Assembly (NCBI GenBank): GCA_018815925.1
Contig: JAHIWS010000020.1
Coordinates: 23,993 to 87,992 of the forward strand
Source of the DNA: Nanobdellota archaeon
GTDB taxonomy: Archaea; Nanobdellota; Nanobdellia; Pacearchaeales; GW2011-AR1
Direction: 5' to 3'
DNA length: 64,000 bases
A program made the translations under genes and the position numbers. Positions 59,623 through 64,000 of the stretch are shown here, in pieces (positions within the stretch are counted from its first letter, which is position 1; each line of letters opens with the position of its first letter). The notes under the pieces are model-generated. The model saw only the letters and a list, made by a program, of their open reading frames with translations. It did no database searches and was not told the DNA's origin.

Positions 59623-61002
59623 ATGAAAATTATGCTTTGTTTGGCTCCATGGGATTTATGGGAACAAGAAGAGGATACAATGTATCCCTTAGGATTGGCA
59701 TATTTAGGAGCAATACTTGAGAAACACGGACATACAACAGAGTTGCTTAATTTAACTAATTCTAATTGGGATAAAATTAAGTTTAGTGCCGAAAAAAAAA
59801 TAAAAGAATTTAATCCAGATGTTTTTGGAATTAGTATTTTATCAAATAGTAGAGTATCTACTAAAAAGGTTTTAACATTAGTTAGAAAAATAAGTCCTAA
59901 AATCATCATCATTGCAGGAGGAGTTCATACTACTTTTTTATATGAACAAATATTAAATTATTATCCTGTAGACTATGCGGTATTGGGAGAGGCCGATTAC
60001 ACTATTTTAGATTTAATAGAAGCAATAGAGAAAAAGAAACCACTATCTTTTTTTAGAAAGATTAAGGGAATAGCCTTTAAAAATAAAAATGAAATTATCA
60101 CCAATTGTTCCCAAGAGAGAATTAAGAATCTTGACTTGTTGCCTTTTCCAAAACATGAATATTTTCAAAATATTATTAAAAAAAATAAAATTGCTTATAT
60201 TATGAGTTCTCGTGGGTGTCCTTTTAATTGTACTTTTTGTCCAAGCTCCGCTTATTGGGGGAGGAGAATGGTTCAAAGAAGTGCAGAAAATGTTTTTGAA
60301 GAAATGCTGTATCTCAAGAAAAAATTTCCAGAGATTGAAATAATACGTTTTTTAGATGATGAGTTTGTAGTTAATAATCAAAGAGTAATTGAAATTTGTA
60401 AATTGATTATAAAAAATAATTTTAAAATAGCTTGGGGGTGTCTTGGAAGAGCATCTTCAATGAATGAAGAACTGTTAAAATGGATGAAAAAAGCAGGTTG
60501 TTTTGAAATTACTTTTGGGGTAGAAAGTGGATCTCAAAGGATTTTAGACAGGATAGGAAAAAAAGTTAGAATTAAACAGATAATTGATACTTTTAAACTA
60601 TGTAAACAATACAAAATTAATACAAGATGTTTAACAATGGTTGGAAATATTGGAGAAAATTCTGAAAGTGTAAAAGAAACAATTAAATTAGCTAAAATTC
60701 TAAAAATTAGAACAGAGCCTGCTATTTTGATTGTTTTTCCTGGAACAGAAGTTTATAAGGTTGCAAAACAAAAAGGTTTTCTTGATGATACATACTGGTT
60801 GGGCCAAGGTTTACCTCCTTTATTCAATGTTGAACATCCTAAATATAAACTTTGGTGGTGGTCTTTTAAAACCGGATTAATAACAAATTTTTATGCAGAT
60901 GATGGAGATCTAAATGGCTTTTTGAAGATGAAATTTCTTAATAAAATAAATTCCCATAATTTTTTAAGAATTTTTAAAAGATATGTTTCTGATAAATTTT
61001 AA
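59623..61002 (+). CDS. B12-binding radical SAM protein
   Basis: PLGLAYL, GGVH, GEAD, SRGCPFNCTFC, GVESGS. Confidence 0.92.
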   Translation: MKIMLCLAPWDLWEQEEDTMYPLGLAYLGAILEKHGHTTELLNLTNSNWDKIKFSAEKKIKEFNPDVFGISILSNSRVSTKKVLTLVRKISPKIIIIAGGVHTTFLYEQILNYYPVDYAVLGEADYTILDLIEAIEKKKPLSFFRKIKGIAFKNKNEIITNCSQERIKNLDLLPFPKHEYFQNIIKKNKIAYIMSSRGCPFNCTFCPSSAYWGRRMVQRSAENVFEEMLYLKKKFPEIEIIRFLDDEFVVNNQRVIEICKLIIKNNFKIAWGCLGRASSMNEELLKWMKKAGCFEITFGVESGSQRILDRIGKKVRIKQIIDTFKLCKQYKINTRCLTMVGNIGENSESVKETIKLAKILKIRTEPAILIVFPGTEVYKVAKQKGFLDDTYWLGQGLPPLFNVEHPKYKLWWWSFKTGLITNFYADDGDLNGFLKMKFLNKINSHNFLRIFKRYVSDKF

Positions 61003-62402
61003 CTCCAGGATTGAGATCCAGAATATTTTCTAGTTATTTTTTTAAATTTTTTTAAAACGTGTTCGACATTTCCTCTTTTTACCCAATATATAGCTTTTTT
61101 TATACGTGTTTGATAATATCTATAATTCCAAAATTTTTCAGCTGTTTTTTCTAAAAGATTGTTTGGAATTTCGCTAAAATTATGTTTGATTGTTTTAAGG
61201 TCACCAGTCCAATCCGCCCATTCTTTCAATGTTTGAGGTTTTGTGATTTTACCTTCTTTAACTAAATCATCAAATATTTTACTTCCAGGAAGAGGATTAA
61301 ATATTTTAACATCTGCAATATCTGGTTTAAATTTTTTTATAAAATTTTCAGTCATTTTCATTTCTTTAGTAGTTTCAGTAGGAATCCCTACCATAAAACT
61401 AGCATCATTAAAAATTCCAAATTTATTTATTAATTTTAAAGCTTCACCTTGTTTTTTAACAGTAATTTTTTTATTTAGGAAATCTAAAACTCTTTGACTT
61501 CCAGATTCAGAACCTAATTGTATTGTATTACATCCTGCTTTTTTCAAAGCCCCCAAAACTTCTGGATTAACAAAATCTGCTCTACCAAAAACAAAAAAAC
61601 TTATTTTGTTTTTATAATTTTTTTCTAAAAAATTACATAATTCAATACACCTTTTTTTAAAAGTCATAAAATTTTCATCAGAAATAGTAAATTCAGTTAC
61701 ACCCCCCTTGTCAATAACTTCTTTAAACATTTTTTTTGTTTTTTCTATATCATAAAACCTAACACATGGATGCCCCTTTTCACCCCACATTTGAACATTA
61801 TAGCAAAAATTACATGTTCCAGGGCACCCCCTGCTTGTACTAAGAAAAATTTGAGAATATTTTTTAATATCAATTAAATCAAAACTAGGAAATTCAAGGT
61901 TTTTTATATTTAAAAATTTTCTTAAGGGGTTTTTATTGATATTTCTTAATTTCTTAATTTTTTTAGGGTCTTTATCAAATACATCACAAAACTCTAAAAA
62001 AGCATCATCAGCTTCCCCCCTAATGATGTAATCTACAAAGGATTCTCTTAAAACAGAATCTGGTTCTATAGTAGGATGCACCCCTCCAACAATAATAATT
62101 AGGTTTGGGAATTTTTTTTTAATTAATGGTCCTAAATAAATTATATCTAAAAGCATAGAAGAAGTCATTGCAGTAAATCCAATTATGTCTGGGTTAAATT
62201 TCTTAATAAAATCAAAAAACAAGGAGTCATCTAAATTAACATTCCTATCATATATTTTCACAGGATGTTTATTCTTTAAAGGGGCTGCAACCCACATTAA
62301 ACTATAAGGAGCAGAATATTTTTCTTTTGACTTCTTTTTTAAATCCCTATGGGGCTGAACTAAAAGCACTCTTGTCATTTTTAGTGTGTTTTCAAACATC
62401 AT
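60999..62402 (-). CDS. B12-binding radical SAM protein
   Basis: GGVHPT, GEAD, SRGCPGTCNFC, GSESGS. Confidence 0.92.
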   Translation of the reverse strand: MMFENTLKMTRVLLVQPHRDLKKKSKEKYSAPYSLMWVAAPLKNKHPVKIYDRNVNLDDSLFFDFIKKFNPDIIGFTAMTSSMLLDIIYLGPLIKKKFPNLIIIVGGVHPTIEPDSVLRESFVDYIIRGEADDAFLEFCDVFDKDPKKIKKLRNINKNPLRKFLNIKNLEFPSFDLIDIKKYSQIFLSTSRGCPGTCNFCYNVQMWGEKGHPCVRFYDIEKTKKMFKEVIDKGGVTEFTISDENFMTFKKRCIELCNFLEKNYKNKISFFVFGRADFVNPEVLGALKKAGCNTIQLGSESGSQRVLDFLNKKITVKKQGEALKLINKFGIFNDASFMVGIPTETTKEMKMTENFIKKFKPDIADVKIFNPLPGSKIFDDLVKEGKITKPQTLKEWADWTGDLKTIKHNFSEIPNNLLEKTAEKFWNYRYYQTRIKKAIYWVKRGNVEHVLKKFKKITRKYSGSQSWS

Positions 62403-62435
62403 TAAACTTATAAATATTATTATTAGGTTTTATTC

Positions 62436-64000
62436 ATGACAAAAAACAAGATTTTGTCTAACTTAAAAAATAAAAAACTTTTGCTTGTTGCATGGGGGGC
62501 AAGTATTAGTACACATTATCAATGTAGGGATTGGATACCTCCTTTTAAAAAAATATTCAAAGAAATAGTTATTTTTAGCCAGAGAGATTCTATTTTTCAT
62601 CATGGAAAAAAAGAGATGAATAAAAACTTTTTAAATCTTTTAGCAAGAGAAAAACCAGATTATTTATTACTGGCACTAAACTATGATGAATTTTATACAG
62701 AAACTCTTTTAAAAATTAGAAAAATTTCCCCTCAAACAATAATTATTAATTTTTTTGGAGATGATATGTGGAGATATGATGATTGGGGAAGACATTATTC
62801 TCTTTTTTCAGATTATATTTTCACTACTGAAAAAAAACACCCCTTTTTTATAAAAGACGGAATTGAAAAAGAAAAAATTTTTTTTGTTCACGGAGTTAAT
62901 ACGGAATTTTATAAACCATCTAAAACAAGTGTAAAATATGATGTAAGTTTTATAGGAGGTCCTATTAGGGATAGACCTGATTATATAGCCTTTCTTAAAA
63001 AACAAGGAATCAATCTTACTCTTTTTGGTTTTCAATGGGATAAATTTGAAGATTTAAAAGAAATTTATAAGGGAGTTCTTAGTCCAGGTGATTATGTAAA
63101 ATTAGGGGGCCAAACAAAAATTAATCTAAGTTTTTCTAAAACAGCTTTAAAACAAAAAGGAGAAAAAGATACCCAATTTAAAGGACGTATTTTGGAGATT
63201 CCAGCAACAAACTCTTTTATTTTAATAGAAAAATTTTATGGTTTTGAAAAATTTTCAAAGAATTTTCAAAGGCTTTTATTTAGTGGCAAAGAAGATCTTC
63301 TTAAGAAAATAAAATATTATCTTGAAAATGAAAAAAAGAGAAAAGAAGCATCAAAAAAACTCTATAATGAAATAAAAAAAGATTACACCTGGTATGCTCT
63401 TTTTTTGAAAGCCTTTATAAATATAGAAAAAAAACCAATTTTTAGAAAACAAAATTTTAATTTACACAAAAAAATAATATCTCTTTCTAGACAAGACTTA
63501 TTTTTAGAACAAAGCTTGTTGAGGGATAAAATTAAAGATGCTGATTATGTTAAATTTAAAACCAAAAAATCTTCTGAAAATAAATTTAGAGATTTTTTCC
63601 AATCACATTCTTTAGAAAAATCTAATAAACAAATTAGCTGTTGTGATTATAATGTTTATTCCCCTTTAATAGGAAATTTCTTGATGTTCCAATCAAAAAA
63701 AGCTTTTAACTTTCTTACAAAAGAAAAATTTGATAATCTTATTATACCGGACCAGTTAATGTTAACCAAAGAATTTTTTTTAAAAAATATTAAAAAATTT
63801 CAAGCATATTTCAAAGGCAGAAAAGTGGATATTCTTGATGAAAATAACAATATTTTTGTTTCAATCCCTTTAATTAATATTTTTAAAATCAAATTAAAAA
63901 AATATGAAATATCAGAAAAATTTTTTAGGCTTAAATTTTTGGACAAACTTTATCCCATTTATTATCAAAAAAAATTTTCTATTTATCCTTTTAAATTATT
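62436..64000 (+). CDS. CgeB-like glycosyltransferase (runs off the window)
   Basis: Manual translation MTKNKIL...FFGDDMWR...YDVSFIGG...INLSFSK...KGRILEIPA. Confidence 0.75.
   Translation, partial: MTKNKILSNLKNKKLLLVAWGASISTHYQCRDWIPPFKKIFKEIVIFSQRDSIFHHGKKEMNKNFLNLLAREKPDYLLLALNYDEFYTETLLKIRKISPQTIIINFFGDDMWRYDDWGRHYSLFSDYIFTTEKKHPFFIKDGIEKEKIFFVHGVNTEFYKPSKTSVKYDVSFIGGPIRDRPDYIAFLKKQGINLTLFGFQWDKFEDLKEIYKGVLSPGDYVKLGGQTKINLSFSKTALKQKGEKDTQFKGRILEIPATNSFILIEKFYGFEKFSKNFQRLLFSGKEDLLKKIKYYLENEKKRKEASKKLYNEIKKDYTWYALFLKAFINIEKKPIFRKQNFNLHKKIISLSRQDLFLEQSLLRDKIKDADYVKFKTKKSSENKFRDFFQSHSLEKSNKQISCCDYNVYSPLIGNFLMFQSKKAFNFLTKEKFDNLIIPDQLMLTKEFFLKNIKKFQAYFKGRKVDILDENNNIFVSIPLINIFKIKLKKYEISEKFFRLKFLDKLYPIYYQKKFSIYPFKL

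Overview
AT-rich archaeal chromosome segment, most consistent with a DPANN lineage (Pacearchaeota/Woesearchaeota-like; inferred from archaeal PolD, Cdc6, Rpo3/4/10 and r-proteins). (1) 1-~8700: right part of an integrated virus-like element with satellite/PICI-like order: divergent HTH switch, RHH, Sm-like and OB-fold genes, primase-polymerase/helicase, an iteron-rich gap, TerS and TerL, then an apparently inactive copy of the TerL nuclease domain. No portal, capsid or integrase is visible. Accessory genes include a type III Mod-like methyltransferase, and the element abuts a 5'-truncated tctA. (2) 9.8-21.5 kb: purF-like gene, polD/cdc6, a putative oriC with ORB boxes around a (CTA)23 microsatellite, and two coiled-coil/wHTH genes carrying DNA repeat arrays. 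(3) 21.4-23.9 kb: ~500-bp repeat-delimited units with decayed ORFs next to a serine recombinase and a LysM protein. (4) 24-42 kb: r-protein/RNAP genes, an ABC exporter operon, 5S rRNA, four tRNAs (including Leu-AAG and an intron-containing Arg-CCT), secF/secD. (5) 42-64 kb: glycan cluster with a UbiA/PAP2/GtrA/GT-C module and five radical SAM enzymes. All calls come from reading motifs by eye; no database searches were run.
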